DNA of 64,000 bases from a virus (taxonomy: Duplodnaviria > Heunggongvirae > Uroviricota > Caudoviricetes): IMG/VR virus record IMGVR_UViG_3300034157_000066. One strand, given 5' to 3'. This document shows, piece by piece, positions 1 to 9,281 of the stretch. Each line of letters starts with the position of its first letter. Position 1 is the stretch's first letter. The notes beneath the pieces were generated by a model. That model did no database searches. It worked only from the letters and a program-made list of their open reading frames with translations, and was not told the origin of the DNA. The translations under genes were made by a program, and so were the position numbers.

Positions 1-6
1 GATATT

Positions 7-333
7 TTGACTAGTCTTGAAACTAAATACGGTCAACCTTCTTGTGGGCGTAACCGTGCAGCCTTCACCAGCAGGCATTGCGTAATCAAATTCCCGCTTA
101 ATTTTGATGGCCTTCGTGACAATTCGATTGAAGCCAAAGGTTATTCCGATGACTATGCAGCCTATGCCAAAGGCCGTAAAATCATGCTGGGTGATTTTAA
201 TTGTGTGGTTCAAGAAAAACTCACCATGCCAGAAAAACTGCAAGGATTGCCAACTTGGGTGTTGTCGATTGATTGCTGTCAGGTAGGTTACGATAGCAAA
301 GGCCGATTGAAAGCTTATGATTTTGGTGGTTGA
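7..333 (+). CDS. hypothetical protein (possibly 5'-truncated)
   Basis: ORF at window edge, followed by promoter of next gene. Confidence 0.55.
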   Translation: MTSLETKYGQPSCGRNRAAFTSRHCVIKFPLNFDGLRDNSIEAKGYSDDYAAYAKGRKIMLGDFNCVVQEKLTMPEKLQGLPTWVLSIDCCQVGYDSKGRLKAYDFGG

Positions 334-383
334 TTAAAATGTTATTTTTTGGTATAATAAGCCATTGAAAAGAGGATTTATTA

Positions 384-758
384 ATGCCAATTGTTGATCT
401 GAAGGTGCTTGAAGTAAGCCCTAGTCCTTATGCCAATCAGTATGTGGTTGAAATTACATTTCTTCATCCTTATGATGAGATCACGGCAACCGAAACAGCC
501 GTGTTTTCAGTTGGTCAAAAAGCTGACGTGATTGAATTTGTAAACTTCTTGAACGAAGCCGGTGACTATGTTCGAGAACATGGCCTAGAACCTGATGAAG
601 TTAAAGGTTATGAGAAATGGTGCGAATACAGTGAACCCGGCTTGCAAGTTTGGCCTTCTGATGCGAACGGTAATTACTTTGCTAACTTGGAAGACGTTGA
701 TGTCTCCTACTTCGATGTTTTTGGTAATTGCTTTGATGTAGAGTTGGTCGAGGGCTGA
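384..758 (+). CDS. acidic hypothetical protein
   Basis: GGTATAAT promoter, AGAGGA SD; about 25 D/E vs 5 K/R in 124 aa. Confidence 0.75.
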   Translation: MPIVDLKVLEVSPSPYANQYVVEITFLHPYDEITATETAVFSVGQKADVIEFVNFLNEAGDYVREHGLEPDEVKGYEKWCEYSEPGLQVWPSDANGNYFANLEDVDVSYFDVFGNCFDVELVEG

Positions 759-795
759 TTTTAGTCCTATCTTAAATCTTGAAAGGATATTGATT

Positions 796-1263
796 ATGCG
801 TATCAACAAAAACTTGAAATCGATCACCGCCGCTTCTGCGAAATTCGCCAAGCATCAATATCCTTTTGGCTCGATTTATGATTTTAACAAAGCCATCGTC
901 AAAATGGATCTTGAAAAGAATCTATTTTCCGTGACCTATCTTGAATCGTCCAGCTATGACAGTGACGATGACAGTCTTTTTTATCAGGCTTCGGATACTG
1001 AGTATTTTGGTCTTGATAACTCTACACTTCTGTCTATCGTCCGTTTCCATGTTGGGCTGGTATTGCCAAAGGAAAAGAGCCGTGTTGTTCGTCAGGTAGC
1101 CCGTGATGTAGTCAAATCCATGCGAAACAAGCACGCTTACACCCAAGTTGGTTGGTATGGTCATTCGAAAGATTATTCGCAGTATATTATGCCAATTGAT
1201 GAGTTCGTTAATTTAGTGGCTGCTGCTGTTATTCCAGTCAATCAGGAAATGGAGGTAGCATGA
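796..1263 (+). CDS. hypothetical protein
   Basis: AAAGGA SD before ATG 796. Confidence 0.7.
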   Translation: MRINKNLKSITAASAKFAKHQYPFGSIYDFNKAIVKMDLEKNLFSVTYLESSSYDSDDDSLFYQASDTEYFGLDNSTLLSIVRFHVGLVLPKEKSRVVRQVARDVVKSMRNKHAYTQVGWYGHSKDYSQYIMPIDEFVNLVAAAVIPVNQEMEVA

Positions 1264-1535
1264 GTATTCTTGGATATATCGGCCTTGGTCTTTTTCTGTT
1301 GTTTTGTATCGGTATGATCTGGCAAATCCACTCTGACATGCAAGATACCAGTAGTGCGATTTCTCGCGGTTATGGTTTTGCTAATATTACGCACTCAGCA
1401 CAGGTTTTTGAAGCTACTGGCGTTGATTTGTTGGGTGATATTGACTACTTGGCCCATGACCATAAACCAGCAAAGCAGAAAAAAACGAAACCTCGAAAAT
1501 CAAACCCAAACAGCGGTTTCGAATTTGAAATTTAA
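1260..1535 (+). CDS. small membrane protein
   Basis: GGAGG SD, ATGA overlap with upstream stop, N-terminal TM. Confidence 0.7.
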   Translation: MSILGYIGLGLFLLFCIGMIWQIHSDMQDTSSAISRGYGFANITHSAQVFEATGVDLLGDIDYLAHDHKPAKQKKTKPRKSNPNSGFEFEI

Positions 1536-1643
1536 AAAGCTTGTGTAAAAACTGCTTTTTATGTATAATAGCCCTAAGAAAGATGAATTGAACAAAAGAC
1601 AAAGTTTTCAGAAATGATTTACTCACTTATTAGAGGATCTAAA

Positions 1644-1940
1644 ATGAACACTTCAACAGCTTCTAGCGGTCATTTGTTGTTTGTTAATGGTTCTATTATG
1701 GATGGTACGTTTGAGTGCGATCCTGTTCAATTGCCTGTTCTTAACGAGGCAATCACTACCTATTCATCGTTGGTCAATAAGCACTCTCTTGCAACGGATC
1801 AGAAGCCTTTCACGGGTGAAGTCTCCTTGGTTGAGTTGTTGGCCTACATCCATGCTTATTATGACATCACAAACCCTTTGCTTAAAGACATGGCTGAATG
1901 TTTGTTGATCATTCATCGCAAGAGTATCACTATCCACTAA
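1644..1940 (+). CDS. hypothetical protein
   Basis: AGAGGA SD, own promoter. Confidence 0.65.
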   Translation: MNTSTASSGHLLFVNGSIMDGTFECDPVQLPVLNEAITTYSSLVNKHSLATDQKPFTGEVSLVELLAYIHAYYDITNPLLKDMAECLLIIHRKSITIH

Positions 1941-2005
1941 TTGTTGTGGACAAAAAAACTCATTTTTGCTATAATCATTTTCTAAATTTGAAGTGGAGTG
2001 GCGTC

Positions 2006-2356
2006 ATGGTTGGTTACGAGCGTAAATTTGAAATCAGTAAAAGTTCCATTATGCAGCCAGACCGCCAATGGATCGTAATCACGTTTAAACCGAATGGTTA
2101 CTGGTCTGAGGAAGCGATCAAGGTTCGGGCCGTTGTTATTAATAAACAAGGTATTGAAGTCTCCATCAATAACTCAATGGGTGGTGAAGCTGAATATGAC
2201 TCGATTGCTCGGGCTGAATCTTTTCATTCGGCCTATGGTCAAGCCATTCTGGATATGAAACGTATTCACGAAGCGTTCGCGTCTGGACAGCGGGATATTG
2301 ATGACATCATGAACCATGTCAATGACCAATATGCCATTGACAAAGCCAGTCGTTAA
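2006..2356 (+). CDS. hypothetical protein
   Basis: GGAG SD, promoter, downstream terminator. Confidence 0.7.
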   Translation: MVGYERKFEISKSSIMQPDRQWIVITFKPNGYWSEEAIKVRAVVINKQGIEVSINNSMGGEAEYDSIARAESFHSAYGQAILDMKRIHEAFASGQRDIDDIMNHVNDQYAIDKASR

Positions 2357-2372
2357 TCGACACTGCTAAAAG

Positions 2373-2394
2373 ACCTTCTTCGGAAGGTTTTTTT
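2373..2394 (+). terminator. intrinsic terminator (representative of dozens)
   Basis: ACCTTC-TTCG-GAAGGT plus T-run. Confidence 0.85.
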
Positions 2395-2465
2395 ATTTCC
2401 AAAAAAAGATTGTATGAAAACTGATTTTTGTGTATAATCAATCTACTTTCTTAGGAGATACACCC

Positions 2466-3209
2466 TTGAAAAACATGACTCCGATGGCAATGTTGAAACC
2501 AGAATTGGCTCAGTTTAAAGAACTGGCGTTCATTTCTTACTTTGAACTCAATCGCAAAGAAGAACGTCATACGTTTGCCAACGAGCAAATGTATGTGTCG
2601 GCGGCTGTAACGTTTGACTTCATGGGTATTTTTAACATTCGTGGTGGTATTCACTACAATGAGAAAGGCCATCAGCGATTTGATCGTAGCTTCTCGTTTT
2701 GTTTCAATTTCAAAGATGGTGAACCTACCGTTCGGGCATCTATTAAGCCATCGAAAGACCTGTCGGCTGAATACTCGCGTGAATTCTCGGTTGCTGAAAT
2801 CAAACCCAAGATGAATGCTTTGCTGACCTTGGGTATCACTGACAAAGAAGAATTCCTGAAAGCGTTTGTTCAAGAATTTGACATTATTATCAGCTCGGCT
2901 TTGACAATTTCAGCTCTGAACGCCATCAAGGCCGAACGTGTCAAAGAAGTTGAAGATGTCATGGCTCGCTTCAAAGCCGCTAATCAGGCCGTTGACGCTG
3001 CTCGGGAACTGTTATGGGCTACCGAAATTGCAAACCGTGGCGATGCTCAATTGCCAAAACAACGTGCTCAAATGGGCGAAGCAATGGACAAGGCACGGGA
3101 ATTACTGACTCAGCGAACGTTTCTGTTGACCAACAACACAAAAAACATTCCAGCGTATGCCCGTGACCTGTTCTACAAAGAGTTGAAGCAAAAAAATATC
3201 ATTTCTTGA
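2466..3209 (+). CDS. hypothetical protein, paralog of 30205..30915
   Basis: TTG start after AGGAG; MKNMTPMAMLKPEL vs MKNTTPMQVLKPLL; shared VTFD..GGI..KRF. Confidence 0.75.
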   Translation: MKNMTPMAMLKPELAQFKELAFISYFELNRKEERHTFANEQMYVSAAVTFDFMGIFNIRGGIHYNEKGHQRFDRSFSFCFNFKDGEPTVRASIKPSKDLSAEYSREFSVAEIKPKMNALLTLGITDKEEFLKAFVQEFDIIISSALTISALNAIKAERVKEVEDVMARFKAANQAVDAARELLWATEIANRGDAQLPKQRAQMGEAMDKARELLTQRTFLLTNNTKNIPAYARDLFYKELKQKNIIS

Positions 3210-3309
3210 TAGTCGCTTGTTAAGAACCATTAAAAGCCCTGAATAATCTTGTTTTTGTTCGGGGCTTTTGCTATAATAGCCTTACTCAAACACAAATGGA
3301 TTAAATATC

Positions 3310-4065
3310 ATGAATCGAGTCACCATCAAGAACTCCCCGATTGAAGGTCAGTGGATGTTGGTTGACACTCCAGAAAATTTGATGACTTTCATGGAACATA
3401 CTTCCAGCCAAGTGGTTGCACAAGTTAGCCATTTGATCCGTGAGAAAGCCGAGATTGAAAGCTGGGGTGATGTTCCACGCACTACACCGGCTGCTGGCAT
3501 CCTTGCAGCAACTGTTGCTCACTGCAAACTTCATGGTAAAAACCCAATTTATGAATTGGATGGCATTATCAACAAACGTTTCTCCAATATGCTGGCAGAA
3601 ATTCTTGATGGTAAACGAGTGCTGATTAACTCAGCAGGTGGCTATTGCTTCATGCTTCCAGAATGGGAAGTGGAGACAGAGGAACCTGTTGATATGGGGT
3701 GGAAACCTACTCACGTCATCAATGCAAACACCCAATACATCAACCTTGAAAATGACCCGTATCTGGAAGAACACACACGTCAGTATTTGGGACAACGAGA
3801 TGCGAATTTTTCCTACATCTTGAATTTGGGCGGTTATACAAAAGAAGCTCTGGTGTCGGTGTTTACCGAATTCAAAGCAAACGGTGGCAAAATCGTTTAT
3901 GTTTACACCACAGGTATGAACGTGCCTCAGATGTATGAATACTTTGATGCTGCACAGAAGGCAGGTTTGAAGGACTTTGAGTTCCATTTTAATGCCTTCA
4001 TCACTGATGGTATCCAAGGCTTTATTGAGCATATCAAAGATCGGGCCAATGTGACTATCCTGTAA
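3310..4065 (+). CDS. hypothetical protein
   Basis: 251 aa ORF, TTGTTT-17-TATAAT promoter, terminator. Confidence 0.75.
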   Translation: MNRVTIKNSPIEGQWMLVDTPENLMTFMEHTSSQVVAQVSHLIREKAEIESWGDVPRTTPAAGILAATVAHCKLHGKNPIYELDGIINKRFSNMLAEILDGKRVLINSAGGYCFMLPEWEVETEEPVDMGWKPTHVINANTQYINLENDPYLEEHTRQYLGQRDANFSYILNLGGYTKEALVSVFTEFKANGGKIVYVYTTGMNVPQMYEYFDAAQKAGLKDFEFHFNAFITDGIQGFIEHIKDRANVTIL

Positions 4066-4166
4066 TACGAAGACATCAAAACAAAGGCACCTTCTGGTGT
4101 CTTTTTTTGTTGAGATAACTAATCAATTTTGGTATAATCAAAATTCCATAACAGCGGTGAAAAATC

Positions 4167-4280
4167 ATGAAAGAAATGGTTGAAGGAATGAACAGTATCG
4201 TCATTATCGGTTTTTTGGCTATTGGTGTTTTTGCAGTTATTGAATTCTATTACCGGCATCAATTCAAAAAACACCTTTAA
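4167..4280 (+). CDS. 37-aa single-TM peptide
   Basis: MKEMVEGMNSIVIIGFLAIGVFAVIEFYYRHQFKKHL; promoter upstream; below ORF-track cutoff. Confidence 0.55.
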   Translation: MKEMVEGMNSIVIIGFLAIGVFAVIEFYYRHQFKKHL

Positions 4281-4369
4281 TTGAACAAAAATATCTTTAC
4301 ATAAAATCTGATTTTCGCTATACTTGTCTCATCAAAACGAAACACCACAAACCAGTCGGAGATACACAA

Positions 4370-4501
4370 ATGCAAGGTTCTTTCGGTGAAGCAACAGAAC
4401 GTTTTCGCGGCAAGCAACAAGACGCTTCCAAGACCAAAGAAAATCGCAAAGAACGTCAGTTCCGTGATGCTCGCCGCAACCGTCATCAAGACTCCGAATA
4501 A
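4370..4501 (+). CDS. 43-aa basic peptide, copy 1
   Basis: MQGSFGEATERFRGKQQDASKTKENRKERQFRDARRNRHQDSE; GGAG SD; two paralogs in window. Confidence 0.85.
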   Translation: MQGSFGEATERFRGKQQDASKTKENRKERQFRDARRNRHQDSE

Positions 4502-4512
4502 GGAAATCCATC

Positions 4513-4821
4513 ATGTATTTAATTGCCGTTAAAGACCTCGATCCGAAAAATGCTCTTGGCTACATGTTCTGGTCTGGATTCAAAGCTGACGCACAAGGCG
4601 ATGGCTCTCTGCCTACCTTCAACAAACCAATGGTCAGTGCTGACAAAGGCTTTCAAGAAAACGAAAAAAGCCTGCAGGCTACTCTGTTCACCACCAAAGA
4701 GTATGCTGAAAAAGAAGTTATTCGACTCAAAGAACTTATCCATAAACATACAGGTAAGTATTACGAGATGGAAACAATCAGTGCCGACTTGGCTGGTAGT
4801 ATGTTGAAGCTCTGGAAGTAA
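4513..4821 (+). CDS. hypothetical protein, paralog of 46591..46875
   Basis: shared LG(Y/F)..WSGF and F(T/S)T.EYA..E..R. Confidence 0.75.
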   Translation: MYLIAVKDLDPKNALGYMFWSGFKADAQGDGSLPTFNKPMVSADKGFQENEKSLQATLFTTKEYAEKEVIRLKELIHKHTGKYYEMETISADLAGSMLKLWK

Positions 4822-4913
4822 CCAGACTTTAAAGAAAAGGGAGCTTAGGCTCCTTTTTTGTTGCCTATTATTCTGTTTTTTGTTATCATCATAATCTAAA
4901 TTAAGGAGGCTTC

Positions 4914-5156
4914 ATGAAAACGCTTACGACAAAAAATGTTGCTGGTTCAGTTGCTGAAATGATCGGTGTTGAAGATATGATTGCCGCCTTGAAAGAGCTT
5001 CCAGCCGGTTCAAAGCTATGTGTTCGTCAAGAAGGTTTTTACGCTCTTGGTAAATTTGCTGACATCAATTTGCCGGAAGCCATCACTGTAACCGATGAGG
5101 TTACAAAAGAACAAGTTGTCGTCTACTCCATCGGAGACAGTGATCAAAACTACTAA
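4914..5156 (+). CDS. hypothetical protein
   Basis: AAGGAGG SD, terminator. Confidence 0.75.
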   Translation: MKTLTTKNVAGSVAEMIGVEDMIAALKELPAGSKLCVRQEGFYALGKFADINLPEAITVTDEVTKEQVVVYSIGDSDQNY

Positions 5157-5348
5157 TCGACAGGTTTCAAAAGAAGACAGCTACGGCTGTTTTCTTTGTT
5201 TATATATTTATTTTTATATGAATGTGATAGCATTTTGATATTTAAATTTATATAAAAAATAATTGACATCATTGTACTCCGAGGTAAATTATTAATTAAG
5301 AGTTGGGTTTAGACTAACTTGGAAGTTAATATTAATAACGGAGAATAC

Positions 5349-5831
5349 ATGTTTTCACTTATTATCTCGATCATTTCTATTGCTCTTATGGCTGCGTTAT
5401 CTGTTGCAACAATTGCTTATGGATTTTATGCCTATAACAACAATTCTATTTATACAAAAGCAACTTACTTATTAAATACTGCAAACACTATTGCTACTGC
5501 TGCTATTTTTGCGAAAAATGAAGGCGTTTCCATGACTGGCATGAGCGTTGACAATGTGAGTAAACTTAAAGATGCTGCCTATTTAACACACGTTCCTAAC
5601 TATGAAAGTGTTGACTTTGTAATTGATGCGGATGAGTCCTTAGTTAAAATACAAGACTCAGCATTACTTTCACTTGATGTTTGTAAACAGATTATTGCTA
5701 ATTATGACACCCTTAAATTTGACACTGTTTCAACTATTCCTGATGACCCTATTGATGGTCGTAAATATGGTTGTCATGTTGGTTCAAGTGGTGCTGGTTA
5801 TTACACGTTTTATTATCGTATTGATAAATAA
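5349..5831 (+). CDS. pilin-like protein lacking a prepilin leader
   Basis: MFSLIISIISIAL hydrophobic N-terminus, amphipathic continuation, C-terminal Cys pair. Confidence 0.6.
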   Translation: MFSLIISIISIALMAALSVATIAYGFYAYNNNSIYTKATYLLNTANTIATAAIFAKNEGVSMTGMSVDNVSKLKDAAYLTHVPNYESVDFVIDADESLVKIQDSALLSLDVCKQIIANYDTLKFDTVSTIPDDPIDGRKYGCHVGSSGAGYYTFYYRIDK

Positions 5832-5872
5832 TCAAGTCGAAAAAAAAGACTGTTTCAACAGTCTTCTTTTGT

Positions 5873-6283
5873 TTATTCGTCCATCTTGTCTTGGGCCATT
5901 GAAAGGCGTCTTCTAAACTCAAGTGGGTCAGCAATATACTTGATAGGGGCATTGCCATGACCAGTCCCTGATACGATAATTGTTCCAAAATTAAACATTC
6001 GGCCCATCAACCCTTGATTAACTTGAATACTTTCAACTTTTTTCAAGTTTATTTCAACAGTGTCTCTCTGGATAAATCCTTTTTTAGCAATCAATCGTTT
6101 ATTGGTGACAGCGAGTTCTGTACACTTTTTCTGAATGTAGACAACCACTAAAATCACAATACCTACAATAACAGGAATAAGTAGTACACCGAAAAAGATC
6201 TGCCAAAAGAAACCCCAGTTACTTAAACTTGCTTCATATTCAATTTTCTCACCGTCCATCAAGTTGTCACTTACATAACTCAT
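5873..6283 (-). CDS. bacterial PH-domain (bPH_2/YdbS-like) membrane protein
   Basis: TM hairpin then ELAVTNKRLIAKKGFI..INLKKVESIQVNQGLMGRMFNFGTIIV. Confidence 0.8.
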   Translation of the reverse strand: MSYVSDNLMDGEKIEYEASLSNWGFFWQIFFGVLLIPVIVGIVILVVVYIQKKCTELAVTNKRLIAKKGFIQRDTVEINLKKVESIQVNQGLMGRMFNFGTIIVSGTGHGNAPIKYIADPLEFRRRLSMAQDKMDE

Positions 6284-6434
6284 AGCATTCCTCCATTGTT
6301 CCACATAATATATCAAATATTGATATTTTTTCAAGACATATTTTAGATTATTATGTAAGTTTCCATTACAGCTTAAAATGCTTGATTAAAAAGCTAGAAT
6401 TTGATATGATTAATCAACATTTAGAGGACTTTAT

Positions 6435-6707
6435 ATGAAACACATCACTCGCTTTAATTCGGGATTGATTGCAATTATTTTTGCGTTGCTGGCGATTGTC
6501 TTTTTTCAAAGTGTTCGATATTCCGCTCATATGGAATATCATGTATCCAAAGATCTTCCGATTTGGTTTCATATCGGGTTTGTGCTGATGTTAGTTTCGA
6601 TTGTTTTTTCAACTCTATTTTGTTTGGTCGCTTGGGCATATACACCACACAATAATTTGCAGACGAATGCCGAAGAAACAACAGAACTTGACACTGTTGT
6701 TGGATAA
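6435..6707 (+). CDS. two-TM membrane protein
   Basis: AGAGGA SD, two hydrophobic segments. Confidence 0.65.
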   Translation: MKHITRFNSGLIAIIFALLAIVFFQSVRYSAHMEYHVSKDLPIWFHIGFVLMLVSIVFSTLFCLVAWAYTPHNNLQTNAEETTELDTVVG

Positions 6708-6767
6708 ATCACTTTACTAAAAATATGTTTTTTGATAGAATAGATCATAAACTTAAAATGGAAAGAC

Positions 6768-7238
6768 ATGATGAAACGATTTATTTTCTCTAAAATCACA
6801 ATTGTTTTCGTTGTCCACATAATGCTTTTGGTTGGCCTTTACTATGGCACCAAATCAATTGCAATGGTTCATGATCGGGCAGTAGTTCCTGTTTATCTGG
6901 TTGCTGTTAAACCTGATTCTGCAAAAACTTACGATGAAAATGGTTTTTTTATCGGTCAATTTGTTGGTGAATTTGACTATGAAGGTCACCGATTTGAACA
7001 AAATATTTCAATAAGCCAACGATTTGAGTTGATTCAATCGAAAAAGCCTGTTAGACACATGAAACTTCTTTCAGCGGCTGAAATAGGTCTTGATACGCCT
7101 TTCAATGGGCCGGGAACATATCTTTTTTATATACTTTCGATGGCTACATTCTTCTTAATGTTTTTGTTTACTGACCTTCCAAAATTTTACAGGGCTAATC
7201 AAAAAACTGTTTTTGATGAAAATAAAGCTTGCTCGTAA
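6768..7238 (+). CDS. two-TM protein with central soluble domain
   Basis: TM at both ends; topology like 21908 and 59759. Confidence 0.7.
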   Translation: MMKRFIFSKITIVFVVHIMLLVGLYYGTKSIAMVHDRAVVPVYLVAVKPDSAKTYDENGFFIGQFVGEFDYEGHRFEQNISISQRFELIQSKKPVRHMKLLSAAEIGLDTPFNGPGTYLFYILSMATFFLMFLFTDLPKFYRANQKTVFDENKACS

Positions 7239-7302
7239 ATGTGTTTTTTGATATGATAGACACATCAAAACGAGATACCCAATCAAATATCGGAGATACA
7301 CC

Positions 7303-7815
7303 ATGACCAAAGTTACCGCTCTCGAAACCGCAGTAATCGTGAACATCGTTGCTCTCGGCACTTCGTCGGTAAATGTTCAAACTATCACTACCGGCCCAGA
7401 AGCTGTAAAGCTCTCTCAGGTGAATGCAGTTCTCTTGAACCTGAAAGGTAAAGGTCTGGTTTCCCGTGATGGCGAAGGTGTTTCGCTGACTGAGGCTGGG
7501 GTTTCTCTCCATGCTGAACTGTTCCCGGCTCAGAAAGACCTCGATACCCTGCGTCACGAAAGCAACTTGGAACTGAACCGCCCAGCCAAGCCATCTTCAG
7601 CACATGAACTGAAACTCATCAACGAACTGATTGAACTTCGCACCAAGGCTCGACGTTTGGCAGCCGATGTGACTGAACTCGAAGCAGAAGTCATACCGCG
7701 TAGCTTCTCGGAAGTCATTTTCAGCATGTTCCCAAATGCAGTGAATGTCAAAATGGCTTCGATGGAACCTCTTGACCTGATGGGTTATCCAATGACCACC
7801 GTAGTAGTCGAATAA
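7303..7815 (+). CDS. winged-helix DNA-binding protein with coiled-coil C-terminus
   Basis: TALE.AV..NI.A.G...QV.AV..N...KGL..R....VSLT..G shared with 45105. Confidence 0.6.
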   Translation: MTKVTALETAVIVNIVALGTSSVNVQTITTGPEAVKLSQVNAVLLNLKGKGLVSRDGEGVSLTEAGVSLHAELFPAQKDLDTLRHESNLELNRPAKPSSAHELKLINELIELRTKARRLAADVTELEAEVIPRSFSEVIFSMFPNAVNVKMASMEPLDLMGYPMTTVVVE

Positions 7816-7834
7816 GAAAAAAGACTCAACAAGA

Positions 7835-7887
7835 AAGAGGCTTCGGCCTCTTTTCTTGTTGTTATTAGAACTCTTTTTTGATACAAT
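7835..7887 (+). repeat. 53-bp terminator+promoter cassette, copy 1
   Basis: 2 mismatches vs 8197..8249. Confidence 0.95.
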
Positions 7888-7915
7888 GAATAACTTATAT
7901 TAATTAGGAGCATTC

Positions 7916-8194
7916 ATGAAAAAGACATTTATTCTTGCACTTGCACTCGCTCTTTCTGTGTCGGCAGGTTGTAATGCAGAAGAAAAAACTAACACTAACA
8001 CACAAAGTAATATTTCAGGCAAAAAGACTAGATCTGTTACTTGTTATTCAGGAAATGCAGTAACTTACCAACATGACAATGTTATTTTGGTCGCTAGCAT
8101 TACTGATACTGACATTTCTGCAAGAATTCAAGAAGCTGATACTGGCATTAATATGCGGGTTCCTGTTTCGCAATGTTATTTTAAAGATAATTGA
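7916..8194 (+). CDS. small exported/lipoprotein-like protein
   Basis: signal peptide ending SAG-C; bracketed by 53-bp direct repeats. Confidence 0.75.
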   Translation: MKKTFILALALALSVSAGCNAEEKTNTNTQSNISGKKTRSVTCYSGNAVTYQHDNVILVASITDTDISARIQEADTGINMRVPVSQCYFKDN

Positions 8195-8196
8195 GT

Positions 8197-8249
8197 AAGA
8201 GGCTTCGGCCTCTTTTCTTGTTGTTATTATAACTCTTTTTTGATATAAT
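8197..8249 (+). repeat. 53-bp terminator+promoter cassette, copy 2
   Basis: AAGAGGCTTCGGCCTCTTTTCTTGTTGTTATTATAACTCTTTTTTGATATAAT. Confidence 0.95.
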
Positions 8250-8279
8250 TATCATCCACTCAATGAGATAGAGTACATC

Positions 8280-8456
8280 ATGAGCTATTTTGAAGAAGAG
8301 TCCCATCCAGTTACTCGCTTCGCACTGTTCCCACGTCAGATTGCTGGTCAGTGGTTTTGGTTAAAGTCTTTTGTATCAGATCGCGTGCTTGTTCATGGTC
8401 GTATGGATGGCTGCAGCACTGACATCTATGAATATCAGAACCATCGCTTGGTCTAA
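8280..8456 (+). CDS. 58-aa hypothetical protein
   Basis: MSYFEEESHPVTRFALFPRQIAGQWFWLK..; downstream of promoter. Confidence 0.6.
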   Translation: MSYFEEESHPVTRFALFPRQIAGQWFWLKSFVSDRVLVHGRMDGCSTDIYEYQNHRLV

Positions 8457-8520
8457 AACTAGTTGTGAAATGTCGTTTTTAATGATATGATCATCCCATC
8501 AAACATTCCGAGGATTTAAA

Positions 8521-8946
8521 ATGAAAGGTTTTGATTTTCACAAAAAAATGCAATTTCTTGACCTAGTTGTTCGAGATCACTGCAAGTCTATGCATATCTC
8601 TTTGGTTTGCTATGTCATGAACCCAAAGAAAGACAAAAAAAGCATGGCCGAATTTCATAAGCTTTCGGCTCTCAATGATGGTTTTGAGCACAGTCTGAAA
8701 ACTATCTTCCGTAAATATTTCCGTAACCTCGAAGGAAAAACGGGAGTGGATGTTGTTGTCACGAATGAAGAATTGAATGCTTTTACCAAAGCCTATAATC
8801 TTCAAAAAGACTTAATGAAAAAGGAATTTGAAAACTTGACATTGTTGGGTGCATCCGAAGAGGCTCTTGATCGCCTTGAAGTTGATATTGCTGACTGGGC
8901 TTCATTCTATCGTGATTTCATTGAAGAAGTTCAAGATTTCAAGTAA
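8521..8946 (+). CDS. hypothetical protein
   Basis: GAGGA SD, terminator. Confidence 0.7.
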   Translation: MKGFDFHKKMQFLDLVVRDHCKSMHISLVCYVMNPKKDKKSMAEFHKLSALNDGFEHSLKTIFRKYFRNLEGKTGVDVVVTNEELNAFTKAYNLQKDLMKKEFENLTLLGASEEALDRLEVDIADWASFYRDFIEEVQDFK

Positions 8947-9099
8947 CAAATTTTGACTTCACACAAAAGAGGCTTCTGCCTCTTTTTTATTATCAATAAA
9001 CTATAAAATGATAAAAAATTTCTTTACATGATGGATCAATTTCGTTATAATTATCCCATCAAAACGAAACACCACAATCAAACAGTTAGGAGATACACC

Positions 9100-9231
9100 A
9101 TGCAAGGTTCTTTCGGTGAAGCCACAGAGCGTTTTCGCGGCAAGCAACAAGACACTTCGAAATCCAAAGAAAATCGCAAAGAACGTAACTTCCGTGATAA
9201 ACGTCGCAATCGTCATCAAGACGCCGAATAA
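9100..9231 (+). CDS. 43-aa basic peptide, copy 2
   Basis: MQGSFGEATERFRGKQQDTSKSKENRKERNFRDKRRNRHQDAE; AGGAG SD. Confidence 0.85.
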   Translation: MQGSFGEATERFRGKQQDTSKSKENRKERNFRDKRRNRHQDAE

Positions 9232-9281
9232 CAGATAACAAAAAAGCCCTAGCGATAGGGCTTTTTTTATTTCTATTATTT

